Positions 51,641 to 60,416 of a stretch of DNA of 64,000 nt are shown here, in pieces. The stretch is from Candidatus Aminicenantes bacterium (lineage in GTDB: Bacteria; Acidobacteriota; Aminicenantia; Aminicenantales; JAFGBC01). A program made the position numbers and the translations under genes. How positions within the stretch are numbered: the stretch's first letter is position 1; the number at the start of each line of letters is the position of its first letter. Under the pieces are notes generated by a model. The model worked only from the letters and a program-made list of their open reading frames with translations. It ran no database searches and was not told where the DNA came from. The stretch lies in assembly GCA_963702005.1 (NCBI GenBank), contig OY969696.1:1568001-1632000 (forward strand), written 5' to 3'.

Positions 51641-53440
51641 ATGATTTCGACTCTATCCCAGATGGTTCTCAACACCGTCCGGACCTATCCCAAAGACGAA
51701 TTCTTGCTGATCAAGTCAGAAGGCGTCTACCGGCCGATCTCGACGGCCGAGTTTGGGGAGCGGGTCAAGCGTTTCTGCCTCGGGCTCAAGGAGCTCGGCC
51801 ACAAGAAGGGCGACAAGCTCGTCATCCTGTCCGAAAACAGGCCCGAGTGGGTCATGAGCGACCTGGCCAATCTGTGCGGGGGCGGAGTGACCGTCCCCAT
51901 CTATACGACCCTCGTTCCCGAGGCCGTTAAGTACATCATTAACAATTCCGACGCCCGGTTCGTCGTCGTCTCCGGCGAAGAGCTGTGGGCCAAGATCAAG
52001 GCCGTCAAGAAGGACCTCAAGAAAGTTCGCCATTTCATCTCGATGGCGGATAAACCCCCGGCCGGCGTCCTGAGCTGGCGGGAGGTCCTGGACAAGGGAG
52101 CCAAGAGGGCGCAAAAAAAGGGGAAAGCCGGCGAATTCGAAAAGCTCGTCGCCCAGGTCAAGCCCCAGGACGAGGCGTCCATCATTTACACCTCGGGGAC
52201 GACCGGCATCCCCAAGGGCGTCATCCTGACCCACCGCAACTTCCTAAGCAACGTCATGACCTGCGTCCCGCTCGTCGATATTACCTGCCGGGACACCGTC
52301 CTGTCCTTCCTGCCGCTCTCCCACGTCCTAGAGCGAATGGTCATGTTCTGCTACACCTACGTGGGTGCGACGATCGCCTTTGCCGAAAGCGTCGAGGCGG
52401 TCGCCCAGAACCTGCTCGAGGTCAAGCCCCACATCATGGTCAGCGTCCCCCGCGTCTTCGAGAAGATCTACGCCAGGGTCATGGACCAGGTCCTGGCCGG
52501 GTCCGGGCTCAAGCGGAAGATCTTTTTCTGGGCCCTCAAGGTCGGCAAGGACTGCGGCCGGCGCCGGCTCGAGAAGGAGCCGACCCCGGCTTTCCTGGAG
52601 AGGAAGCGGAAGCTCGCCCACAAGCTCGTCTTCTCCAAGATCATCGCCAAGACGGGAGGCCGGATCCGCTACTTCCTGTCGGGCGGGGCGCCGCTTTCCA
52701 AAGACATCGCGGAGTTTTTCCACGCCATGGGGTTGATCATCCTCGAGGGCTACGGGCTGACCGAGACCTCCCCGGTCATCTCCCTCAACACGTTCGAGAA
52801 CATGCGCTTCGGCGCGGTCGGGAAGCCCATCCCCGGCGTCGAAGTCAAGATCGCCAAGGACGGCGAGATCATGACCAAAGGTCCCCACGTCATGAAGGGC
52901 TACTACAAGAAGCCGGCCGAGACCCGGGAGGTCCTGTCGAAGGGCTGGTTCAAGACGGGCGACATCGGCCATATCGACAAGGACGGCTTCGTCGTCATCA
53001 CCGACCGCAAGAAGGACCTGATCATCACCTCGGGCGGGAAGAATATCGCGCCCCAGCCGATCGAGAACATCCTCAAGACCATCCCCTACATCTCGAACGC
53101 CGTCGTCGTCGGCGACCGGAAGAAGTTCGTCTCGGCCCTGGTCATCCCCGATTTTGAGAAGCTCGAGGCCTGGGCCAAGAAGAAGGGGCTCTCTTTCGCC
53201 AGCCGGGCCGATATGGTCCGGGACGAGCGGGTCGTCTCCTTCCTCTGGTCCGTGGTCGACAAGGCGACGCCCGGCCTCGCTTCCTACGAGCGGATCAAGC
53301 AGGTCGCGCTCCTCGACCGGGAGTTCGAGATCGAGGCCGACGAGATCACGCCGACCCTAAAAGTCAAACGGAACATCATCGAACGGAAATACAGGGACCT
53401 CATCGCCTCCCTCTATAAGGGCAAAGACGACAACGGATAG
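51641..53440 (+). CDS. fadD: Long-chain fatty acid--CoA ligase
   Basis: YTSGTTGIPKG, EGYGLTE, TGDIG, DRKKD. Confidence 0.85.
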   Translation: MISTLSQMVLNTVRTYPKDEFLLIKSEGVYRPISTAEFGERVKRFCLGLKELGHKKGDKLVILSENRPEWVMSDLANLCGGGVTVPIYTTLVPEAVKYIINNSDARFVVVSGEELWAKIKAVKKDLKKVRHFISMADKPPAGVLSWREVLDKGAKRAQKKGKAGEFEKLVAQVKPQDEASIIYTSGTTGIPKGVILTHRNFLSNVMTCVPLVDITCRDTVLSFLPLSHVLERMVMFCYTYVGATIAFAESVEAVAQNLLEVKPHIMVSVPRVFEKIYARVMDQVLAGSGLKRKIFFWALKVGKDCGRRRLEKEPTPAFLERKRKLAHKLVFSKIIAKTGGRIRYFLSGGAPLSKDIAEFFHAMGLIILEGYGLTETSPVISLNTFENMRFGAVGKPIPGVEVKIAKDGEIMTKGPHVMKGYYKKPAETREVLSKGWFKTGDIGHIDKDGFVVITDRKKDLIITSGGKNIAPQPIENILKTIPYISNAVVVGDRKKFVSALVIPDFEKLEAWAKKKGLSFASRADMVRDERVVSFLWSVVDKATPGLASYERIKQVALLDREFEIEADEITPTLKVKRNIIERKYRDLIASLYKGKDDNG

Positions 53441-53463
53441 GGGGAAGGAACGAGGGGCCGGAA

Positions 53464-54177
53464 TTAACCCGGCTTTTGAGTCCAAAGCAAGATCCGGCCG
53501 CAGGCCTCGCACAGGATGAGAGAAGTCCCGGCCATAAGCTCCTCGAGGACCTGAGGGCGGACCCGCATGTGACACAGCGAACAGAAGTCCCCCTTGACGG
53601 GTGACAGGACGATTCCGGTCCGCTTGTGGAAGATGGCCTGGTAGAGGGCCAGCGCATCGGCCGGGACGTTCCGGAGTTGAGCTTCCCGCTCGGCCCGGAT
53701 CCGGTCCCGGTGTCCTTCCAGGGCGGCCTTACGGGCGAGCAGGGCCTCCTTCTCCTTTTTGAGGACGTTCTCGGCCTGGCGGCAGGTCTCGGCCGCGGCC
53801 CGGATGTCCCGCTCGATGTCGTCGGCGGCCAGCATCTCGCTGATGATCGATTCCTCGAGGGCGTCGACCTTGGCCTTGGCGCCGTCGATCTCGTGGAGGA
53901 GGGCCGTGTACTCCTTGTTCGTCTTGACCTCGTTGAGCTGAACCTTGTATTTCGAGATGTGGGCTTTGATGTCTTTGACTTGGCCCTCAAAATCGCGGCG
54001 CTTCCTCTGGTTCTGGGCGAGTTGGTCCTTAGCTTGGGCGAGGTCTTGGGAGCTTTTTTCGATCTTGGCGTCGATGGCGGCCACCTTGGCCGGGATCGTG
54101 TCGAGGAAGACGGAGAGGTGCTTAAGCTTGGTGTCCAAGCGCTGGAGGGCGATCAACTGGTTGAAATCAACGTCCAC
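53464..54177 (-). CDS. Coiled-coil C4 Zn-ribbon protein (CT398-like)
   Basis: Long coiled coil, CSLC...CEACGRIL; position after rpoD-tRNA. Confidence 0.85.
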   Translation of the reverse strand: MDVDFNQLIALQRLDTKLKHLSVFLDTIPAKVAAIDAKIEKSSQDLAQAKDQLAQNQRKRRDFEGQVKDIKAHISKYKVQLNEVKTNKEYTALLHEIDGAKAKVDALEESIISEMLAADDIERDIRAAAETCRQAENVLKKEKEALLARKAALEGHRDRIRAEREAQLRNVPADALALYQAIFHKRTGIVLSPVKGDFCSLCHMRVRPQVLEELMAGTSLILCEACGRILLWTQKPG

Positions 54178-54195
54178 ATCATCCTCAGTCTCGAC

Positions 54196-54267
54196 TGGGC
54201 CTACCAGGATTCGAACCTGGGACCTGCCGGTTATGAGCCGGTAGCTCTACCACTGAGCTATAGGCCC
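54196..54267 (-). tRNA. tRNA with CAT anticodon, probably tRNA-Ile2 (lysidine); CCA not encoded
   Basis: GGGCCTATAGCTCAGTGGTAGAGCTACCGGCTCATAACCGGCAGGTCCCAGGTTCGAATCCTGGTAGGCCCA folds as a cloverleaf. Confidence 0.93.
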
Positions 54268-54277
54268 TCGGCCCACC

Positions 54278-54306
54278 TTTATACCAAATCTCGAACGGGG
54301 AGTCAA
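54278..54306 (-). promoter_or_regulatory. tRNA promoter TTGACT-17-TATAAA
   Basis: Near-consensus, 10 nt upstream of the tRNA 5' end. Confidence 0.7.
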
Positions 54307-54322
54307 CGAAAGGGAATTGTTC

Positions 54323-55945
54323 TCAGTAGTTGCTGGTGAAGGAACGGAGGCGCTTGCTGCGGCTGGGGTGTTTGAGCTTGCGGAGGGCCTTGGCCTCGAT
54401 CTGGCGGATTCGTTCCCGGGTGACCTTGAACTGCTGGCCGACCTCCTCCAGGGTGTGCTCGTTTCCGTCGCCCAGCCCGAACCGCATCTTGAGGACCTTG
54501 GCCTCCCGCTCGGTCAAGCTCTTGAGGGCCTCCTCGATCTGCTCCCGGAGGTTGATGTAGATGACCGTGTCGGGCGGGGAAGGGATGAGCTTGTCCTCGA
54601 TGAAATCGCCCAGGTGGGAGTCCTCCTCCTCACCGATCGGGGTCTCGAGCGAGATCGGCTCCTGGGCGATCTTGATGATCTTGCGGACCTTGCTGACCGG
54701 CATGTCCATCTTCTTGGCGATCTCCTCGCTCGACGGCTCCTTGCCCATCTCCTGGACGAGACTGCGCGAGACGCGGATGAGCTTGTTGATGGTCTCGATC
54801 ATATGGACGGGGATCCGGATCGTCCGCGCCTGGTCGGCGATGGCCCGGGTGATGGCCTGGCGGATCCACCAGGTCGCGTAGGTCGAGAACTTATAGCCGC
54901 GGCGGTACTCGAACTTGTCGACGGCCTTCATCAGGCCCATGTTCCCCTCCTGGATGAGGTCCAGGAATTGGAGTCCGCGGTTGCTGTACTTCTTGGCGAT
55001 CGAGACGACCAGGCGGAGGTTGGCGGCGACAAGTTCCTTTTTGGCCTGGTCGCTGATTTTCTTCCCGGTTGTGATCGAACGGATCGTTTTGCGGAGGCTC
55101 TGAGAGTCGAGGCCGACCTCTTTATGGAGGATGCGGAGCTGGCGCTGGACGTCCTGGAGGCGGGCCTTAAGCTCGGCGGCCGTCTTCTTGCTCTTGGTGT
55201 GCTTGAGCTTGAGGGCGAACTCCTCCTGGGCCTCCTCGAAGTCGTTCGTCCGCTTGAGGACGCGGCGCAGCTCCTCAATGATCCGCTCCTTCTGGGCGGC
55301 GCGGATGGAGAGGTCCCGGATCAGGCGGCTCATTCGGACGATGTAGCGGCCCCGGGCTATCATCTTGCGGCGGGTGGCCGGAATCCCGTCCAGCCGGCGG
55401 CTCATCTCGCGGATCTTCTTGATCCGGCCCAGGATCTGCTTCCGCTTCTCGTCGAGCTTGCCCTCGGCGACGTCCTCCTCGCTGACATCGAACATCTCCT
55501 GGATGACGTTGGGGTTGTCCTTGATGATGTCCTCGAGGGCCAGGATCCGGTTCAGGACCAGGCGGGTCCTGGACAAAGCCTTGATGATGGCCTTCTCGCC
55601 GCGCTCGATCTCCTTGGCGATGGCGATTTCGCCCTCCCGGGTCAGGAGGGAGATGTTGCCCATCTCGCGCAGGTAGAGCTTGACCGGGTCCGTCGTCCGT
55701 TCCAAGCCGTGGGTCGAGACGACGTCGCTCTTGCGGCGGCGCGGCAGGATATCGACCTGCTTCTGGTTGAGGATCTTGATCCCGTAGCCGTCCATCGAGG
55801 ACAAGAAGTCGTCGAAGTGCCCTTCGGCGTCCATGTCGTCGGCGAAAGTCTTGTCGATCTCCTCGAACAGCAGGAATCCCTGCTTCCGTCCCTTGGAGAT
55901 GAGCTGGTTGATTTCGTCCTTTTGGAACTTGCCGTCTGAAGACAC
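54323..55945 (-). CDS. rpoD: Primary sigma factor
   Basis: [46 protein letters not shown]. Confidence 0.97.
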   Translation of the reverse strand: MSSDGKFQKDEINQLISKGRKQGFLLFEEIDKTFADDMDAEGHFDDFLSSMDGYGIKILNQKQVDILPRRRKSDVVSTHGLERTTDPVKLYLREMGNISLLTREGEIAIAKEIERGEKAIIKALSRTRLVLNRILALEDIIKDNPNVIQEMFDVSEEDVAEGKLDEKRKQILGRIKKIREMSRRLDGIPATRRKMIARGRYIVRMSRLIRDLSIRAAQKERIIEELRRVLKRTNDFEEAQEEFALKLKHTKSKKTAAELKARLQDVQRQLRILHKEVGLDSQSLRKTIRSITTGKKISDQAKKELVAANLRLVVSIAKKYSNRGLQFLDLIQEGNMGLMKAVDKFEYRRGYKFSTYATWWIRQAITRAIADQARTIRIPVHMIETINKLIRVSRSLVQEMGKEPSSEEIAKKMDMPVSKVRKIIKIAQEPISLETPIGEEEDSHLGDFIEDKLIPSPPDTVIYINLREQIEEALKSLTEREAKVLKMRFGLGDGNEHTLEEVGQQFKVTRERIRQIEAKALRKLKHPSRSKRLRSFTSNY

Positions 55946-56020
55946 GCGTCTCTCCTCTTGTCAGTCCCGGTCCCGGCCCCCGGCATCCTTAGATACGTCT
56001 CTGACGCTCATTTCGTTTCT

Positions 56021-57763
56021 TTATTCCGACGTTTTGCGGGTCCGGAGATTGACTTGCTCTTGAGAGATCTCCGTCGTCTGAGAGAGAAGGTCGCGGGGGA
56101 TTTCCTTGTCTCCTCCCCTTTCGCGCTTCTTGATCTCCGCCTTGATGCGTTCCTTTTCCCCGCTCAAACGCAGCTCCCGCAGGGCATGAAGGCAATCAAG
56201 GGCCTCCTCGACCGTCGGGACCTGAGCTTCTTCGAGGAGGACCCGGTCCAAGGCCCCGGCTAGGCGGGGATCGATCTCCTTGCGGAGTTCCGCCAAGACC
56301 CAATCCCGTCCGTCCTGGAACGCGTTCCGGATGAGGTTGAAGATGGGCTCACTGGGAAGGCCCCGGACATCGTTTTCTTCCATCTCGGCGAAAATATGAC
56401 GGGCGATCGGGCGATGATTCATCAGGATTTGGAGAAGCCTCAGTTCGGCATTGGAAAAGACGCTCTGGCCCTCGGCCTTGGCCGGAGCGGGGCCGCCCAG
56501 GGTCATGGCCCGCAGGATCTGTTCGTCGATGGATAAAAATTCCGCCGTCTGCTTCATGTACTCGCTGCGCGTTACCGGGTCGGAAATTTTATCGAGCTCG
56601 ATTCTGACCTGGCCGAATATGCGGGCCTTCTCCTCCGGGACCCCGAGCGATTTCCCGCGGCTGACCTGTTCCAGGAAGAACCGGAACCCGGGAAGGGCCT
56701 TGGCCAGGAGCTCCCCGTAGCGGTCGGCGCCGTACTTCCGCATCGCCCCGTCGGGATCAAGGCCCTCGGGGAGGACGAGGACATCGGACGGAATCCCTTT
56801 TTCGAAGCAGAGCGAGACGGCCCGGAGGGCCGCCTGCTGCCCGGCCGCGTCCCCGTCATAGTTGACGACGACCTTGGCGGCGAACCGCTTGAGCTCGTCG
56901 AGCTGGCTCGAGGTCAGGGCGGTCCCGAGCGAGGCGACGACGTTGGTGAGCCCCGCCTGGTAGAGCGTGATGTAATCCGTGTAGCCCTCAACAAGCAGGG
57001 CTTCGCCCCTATCCCGGACGGCTTCCCTGCTGAAATTGAGTCCGTAAAGAAGTTTGCCCTTGGTGTAGACGGGCGTGTCGGGCGAATTCAGGTACTTGGG
57101 CTCCTGGTTGAAGAGGGAGCGTCCGCCGAAGGCGACCGTCTTGCCGGATCGGTCGAAGATGGGGAAGATGGCCCTGCCCCGGAACCGGTCGTAATACTCG
57201 CCCGGTTTTTTGCCGGGAAGGACGAGGCCGGCCTTGTCCAGGAGGGCCGCCGGGGTTTTCGTGCCCCGGAAATGGGAGATCAGGCCGTCCCAGGCGTTTG
57301 GGGCGTACCCGAGCTTGAACGTCTGGATGGTCTCGTCCGACAGGCCGCGCTTTTTGAGATAAGCCAGGGCCTCGGCCCCCTCTTGGCTGTTGACCAGGTT
57401 CCGGCGGAAGAAAGACAGGGCCTGCTCGTTGATTTCGAGGACCTGCTCTTCGAGCTTTTTGGCCTGGGGGGAGAATCCCGGTTTCTTGGGCAGCGGGACG
57501 TGGTATTTATCGGCCAGGTACTTGAGGGCTTCGGGGAAGCTGAGCTGCTCTTTTTCCATGATCAGGGAGAAAACGTCCCCGCCTGCGTTGCAGCCGAAGC
57601 AGTGGTAAAGCTGTTTGTCCTCGTCGACGGTGAAGGAAGGGGTTTTCTCGGAGTGAAAGGGGCAGAGGCCGACGTGCTTGCTGCCGCGGCGTTTGAGGGT
57701 CGTATACTGGGAGGCGACCTCAATAATAGAGGCCGCCTGCCTGACCTGTTCGACAATTTCCAT
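56021..57763 (-). CDS. dnaG: DNA primase
   Basis: CPFH..CFGC Zn finger, KYLNSPDT, VEGY.D, YDGD.AG; real start taken as ATG 57763. Confidence 0.95.
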   Translation of the reverse strand: MEIVEQVRQAASIIEVASQYTTLKRRGSKHVGLCPFHSEKTPSFTVDEDKQLYHCFGCNAGGDVFSLIMEKEQLSFPEALKYLADKYHVPLPKKPGFSPQAKKLEEQVLEINEQALSFFRRNLVNSQEGAEALAYLKKRGLSDETIQTFKLGYAPNAWDGLISHFRGTKTPAALLDKAGLVLPGKKPGEYYDRFRGRAIFPIFDRSGKTVAFGGRSLFNQEPKYLNSPDTPVYTKGKLLYGLNFSREAVRDRGEALLVEGYTDYITLYQAGLTNVVASLGTALTSSQLDELKRFAAKVVVNYDGDAAGQQAALRAVSLCFEKGIPSDVLVLPEGLDPDGAMRKYGADRYGELLAKALPGFRFFLEQVSRGKSLGVPEEKARIFGQVRIELDKISDPVTRSEYMKQTAEFLSIDEQILRAMTLGGPAPAKAEGQSVFSNAELRLLQILMNHRPIARHIFAEMEENDVRGLPSEPIFNLIRNAFQDGRDWVLAELRKEIDPRLAGALDRVLLEEAQVPTVEEALDCLHALRELRLSGEKERIKAEIKKRERGGDKEIPRDLLSQTTEISQEQVNLRTRKTSE

Positions 57764-57796
57764 ATAAAATAGAGATTCTTCGGAATTTACCAAGTT

Positions 57797-57825
57797 AATA
57801 TAGGGACCGCCCCCTGATTTGTCAA
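57797..57825 (-). promoter_or_regulatory. dnaG-rpoD promoter TTGACA-17-TATATT
   Basis: Near-consensus hexamers and 17-nt spacer. Confidence 0.7.
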
Positions 57826-57842
57826 GGCGAGCCGCCAAATAA

Positions 57843-58586
57843 TTACAGGTGGTTGATGAGGCTGGCCAGGTAGGCCGCCCCGAAGCCGTTGTCGATATTG
57901 ACGACGCCGACCCCGCCCGGGCAGGAATTGAGCATAGCCAGAAGGGCGGCCAGGCCCTTGAAGCTCGCCCCGTAGCCGATGCTGGTGGGGACGGCAATGA
58001 CCGGGACGGAGACCAGTCCGGCCACGACGCTGGGGAGGGCTCCTTCCATGCCGGCCACGGTGATGATAACCCGGGCCGCGTTGAGCTTGTCCATCTCGCC
58101 CAGGAGGCGGTGGAGGCCGGCGACGCCGACATCGTAGACCCGGACCGTATCGTTGCCCAGGATGTCGCAGGTTACGTAGGCCTCCTCGGCGACCGGAATA
58201 TCGGACGTCCCGGCCGTGACGATGGCGATCCGGCCCTTGCCGGTAACGGCCGTTTTCTGCTTGATGGAAAGGGTCCGCGCCGAGGGATCGTAGACGGCTT
58301 TGGGGATTTTCCGGCGGATTCGCCTGTAGACATCCGGCTCGACCCTCGTCGCCAGCAGGTTCGAGCCCTTCTTGACGATCTCGAGGGCGATCTTGAGGAT
58401 CTGGTCGGGAGTCTTTCCCAAGCCGTAGATAATCTCGGGGAATCCCTTGCGGAGCTCGCGGTGGTGGTCGATCTTGGCGAATTCGAGGTCCTGGCAGGGG
58501 AAATCCTTGAGCTCGCGGAGGGCGGCCGCCGTGGTCAGTCGGCCCGTCGCAACCTTGTCCAAGATGTCTTCGAGGCGTGATCTCAT
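57843..58586 (-). CDS. larB: LarB / NCAIR-mutase-like protein
   Basis: DHHRELRKGFPE, AGTSD.PVAEEA, DVGVAGLHR, VNIDNGFGA. Confidence 0.88.
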   Translation of the reverse strand: MRSRLEDILDKVATGRLTTAAALRELKDFPCQDLEFAKIDHHRELRKGFPEIIYGLGKTPDQILKIALEIVKKGSNLLATRVEPDVYRRIRRKIPKAVYDPSARTLSIKQKTAVTGKGRIAIVTAGTSDIPVAEEAYVTCDILGNDTVRVYDVGVAGLHRLLGEMDKLNAARVIITVAGMEGALPSVVAGLVSVPVIAVPTSIGYGASFKGLAALLAMLNSCPGGVGVVNIDNGFGAAYLASLINHL

Positions 58587-58602
58587 GCTCTCCATTCTAC
58601 CA

Positions 58603-58633
58603 AAATTGGTGACAGACATCTATTTTCCGAATT
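58603..58633 (+). repeat. REP-like repeat copy 1
   Basis: AAATTGGTGACAGACATCTATTTTCCGAATT, near-identical to 59472-59502 and to the reverse complement of 59772-59804. Confidence 0.8.
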
Positions 58634-58661
58634 AGCTCATTTTCGGCTATACTTATTCATT

Positions 58662-59480
58662 ATGCCGGAAATGAGGACTTTGAAAAGGGAGGCCGTGCTA
58701 TCGGGAATCGGCGTCCATTCAGGAAAGCCGGTCGAATTGCGCTTGAGGCCTTCCAATGCCGGCCGCATCCTGTTCCGGAGGCTGGACTTGGATCGTGAAG
58801 CCGTCCTTGACCCCCGCAAAATGGAGGCGAAATACGCTTCGTGTTTTCGTGACGGCGATTTCGAAATTCAAACCGTTGAGCACCTCCTGGCCGCTCTTTA
58901 CGCGTTCGAGATCGGGAGCGCCGAAATCGAGCTGACGGCCGCCGAGGTCCCGATCCTCGATGGGAGCGCCGCACCCTTCGTCCGCGCCCTCAAGGACGCG
59001 GGCGCCAAGACGATCGGCCGCCCCTGGGATCCGGTCAAAATCCTGGAGCCCCATATTGTCCGGTCCGAGGAGGCATCCCTGTCCTTCGAGCCCTATCGGG
59101 GCTTCAAGATCACCTATGGAATTGAGTATTCCCATCCCGCCATTGGCCGCCAGGAAATCGGCCTCGATATCGACGCTGTGTCTTTCGCAAAGGAAGTGGC
59201 TCCGGCGCGGACATTCGGCTTCGTACGCGACCTCGAATCTTACCGGAGCCGCGGATTAGCTCTGGGCAGCTCCCTGGAGAACACGATCGGCCTCGACGAT
59301 GCCAAGGTCGTCAACCCACCCCTCCGTTTCCCCGACGAGTACGTCCGGCATAAGGTCCTCGACCTGGTCGGCGACCTGGCGCTCCTGGGACGGCCCGTCC
59401 TGGGACATTTCAAGGCTTATCGGGCCGGCCATGCCCTCCATCTCCAGGTCGTCCGCCTCCTTCTCAGCCGGAATTGGTGA
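58662..59480 (+). CDS. lpxC: UDP-3-O-acyl-GlcNAc deacetylase
   Basis: GIGVHSG, TVEHLLAA, PILDGSA, ARTFGF, RHKVLDLVGD, GH. Confidence 0.93.
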   Translation: MPEMRTLKREAVLSGIGVHSGKPVELRLRPSNAGRILFRRLDLDREAVLDPRKMEAKYASCFRDGDFEIQTVEHLLAALYAFEIGSAEIELTAAEVPILDGSAAPFVRALKDAGAKTIGRPWDPVKILEPHIVRSEEASLSFEPYRGFKITYGIEYSHPAIGRQEIGLDIDAVSFAKEVAPARTFGFVRDLESYRSRGLALGSSLENTIGLDDAKVVNPPLRFPDEYVRHKVLDLVGDLALLGRPVLGHFKAYRAGHALHLQVVRLLLSRNW

Positions 59481-59804
59481 CAGACATCTATTTCCCCAAT
59501 TTCACTTCCTCATCACAACTCAAGCCTAAATTGGGATATTGATCGCGAATCGGAGCAGCACTCTTCGGCTTCCGGCCTCGTTTCCGTTCTTTCAGCGGCC
59601 TCCCAGCCAGCTCTTGCTGGGCGCGGCATCAGGCTATTTAACGATAAAATTAGTAACAGTAAATCTGGTGACAGATTTCAATTTTTCTTTTTCCTTGCAA
59701 AAAATGTTGGAAGGAGCATTAGTCTGTCACAAATTAGTAGACGAATAGGAGAAGGCCATTTCTCAGAATCGAAAATTGGGAAAATAGATGTCTGTCACCA
59801 ATTT
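59472..59804. mobile_element. MITE/REPIN-like element: inverted REP-like ends enclosing a deleted Y1 (RAYT-like) transposase remnant
   Basis: Inverted ~31-bp repeats at 59472-59502 and 59772-59804, degenerate internal copies; minus strand 59629-59488 reads MPRPAR then, in another frame, LAGRPLKERKRGRKPK... Confidence 0.6.
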
Positions 59805-59835
59805 AGCGACCGATTTAACGACAAATTTAGCGGGC

Positions 59836-59864
59836 TTGCCAAAGGGGGGCAACTGGGCTAAAAT
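59836..59864 (+). promoter_or_regulatory. Sigma70 promoter TTGCCA-17-TAAAAT
   Basis: Near-consensus, upstream of the TPR-glmU pair. Confidence 0.6.
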
Positions 59865-59903
59865 AGGCGGGCTCAACGGATTGCGGACCGCCTCCAAGGG
59901 AGA

Positions 59904-60416
59904 ATGATCGTGAAAGACCAGAAAGCCAAGAAAGACGAATACCAACGAGCGTTGGCGATCTACGGCCAAGCCATGAAGGAATTCCACAGAGGGGATTTCG
60001 ACAAGGCGGCCGAGAGCTTGGCCGAGTTCGTCGAGAAGTACGCCGCCGAGCGGGAGCTCGTCGACCGCGCCCGGATCTACATCGACCTTTGCAAAAACCG
60101 GGACAAGAAGGAACGGATGGCCCTCAAGACCGTCGACGACTACTATTTTTATGCGGTCTACAAGATCAATCAGAGGGACTATGACGGGGCCTTCAAACTC
60201 CTGGAAAAGGCGCTCGACATGAAGGGCGATGAGGGAAAGATCCACTACCTCATGGCCGATATCCACTGTATCCAGGGCCGGACCGAGGAGGCCCTCGAAT
60301 CCCTCAAAAAGGCCATCCAAAAGGATAAATACTTCCGGATCCTGGCCCAGAACGAGAACGACTTCGAGCCTCTCTGGGAGGACAAGAAGTTCAAGGTCCT
60401 GACCCGAGTCGCATGA
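59904..60416 (+). CDS. TPR-repeat protein
   Basis: Helical TPR motifs with C-terminal LA.NE.DF.PL; AGGGAG RBS. Confidence 0.8.
   Translation: MIVKDQKAKKDEYQRALAIYGQAMKEFHRGDFDKAAESLAEFVEKYAAERELVDRARIYIDLCKNRDKKERMALKTVDDYYFYAVYKINQRDYDGAFKLLEKALDMKGDEGKIHYLMADIHCIQGRTEEALESLKKAIQKDKYFRILAQNENDFEPLWEDKKFKVLTRVA

Noticed and set aside
54196-54267. tRNA as an integration site for an island
   Set aside because: No duplicated tRNA 3' end noticed, no integrase nearby, and the flanking genes are core
54317-55939. 540-aa plus-strand ORF, and similar long antisense ORFs over ftsA, gyrB and the amidohydrolases
   Set aside because: Mirror frames of well-conserved genes, expected from high GC at third codon positions; no recognisable motifs
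56021-58132. 703-aa DnaG as given in the ORF track
   Set aside because: The extension overlaps larB and a clear promoter at 57797-57825; the primase begins at ATG 57763
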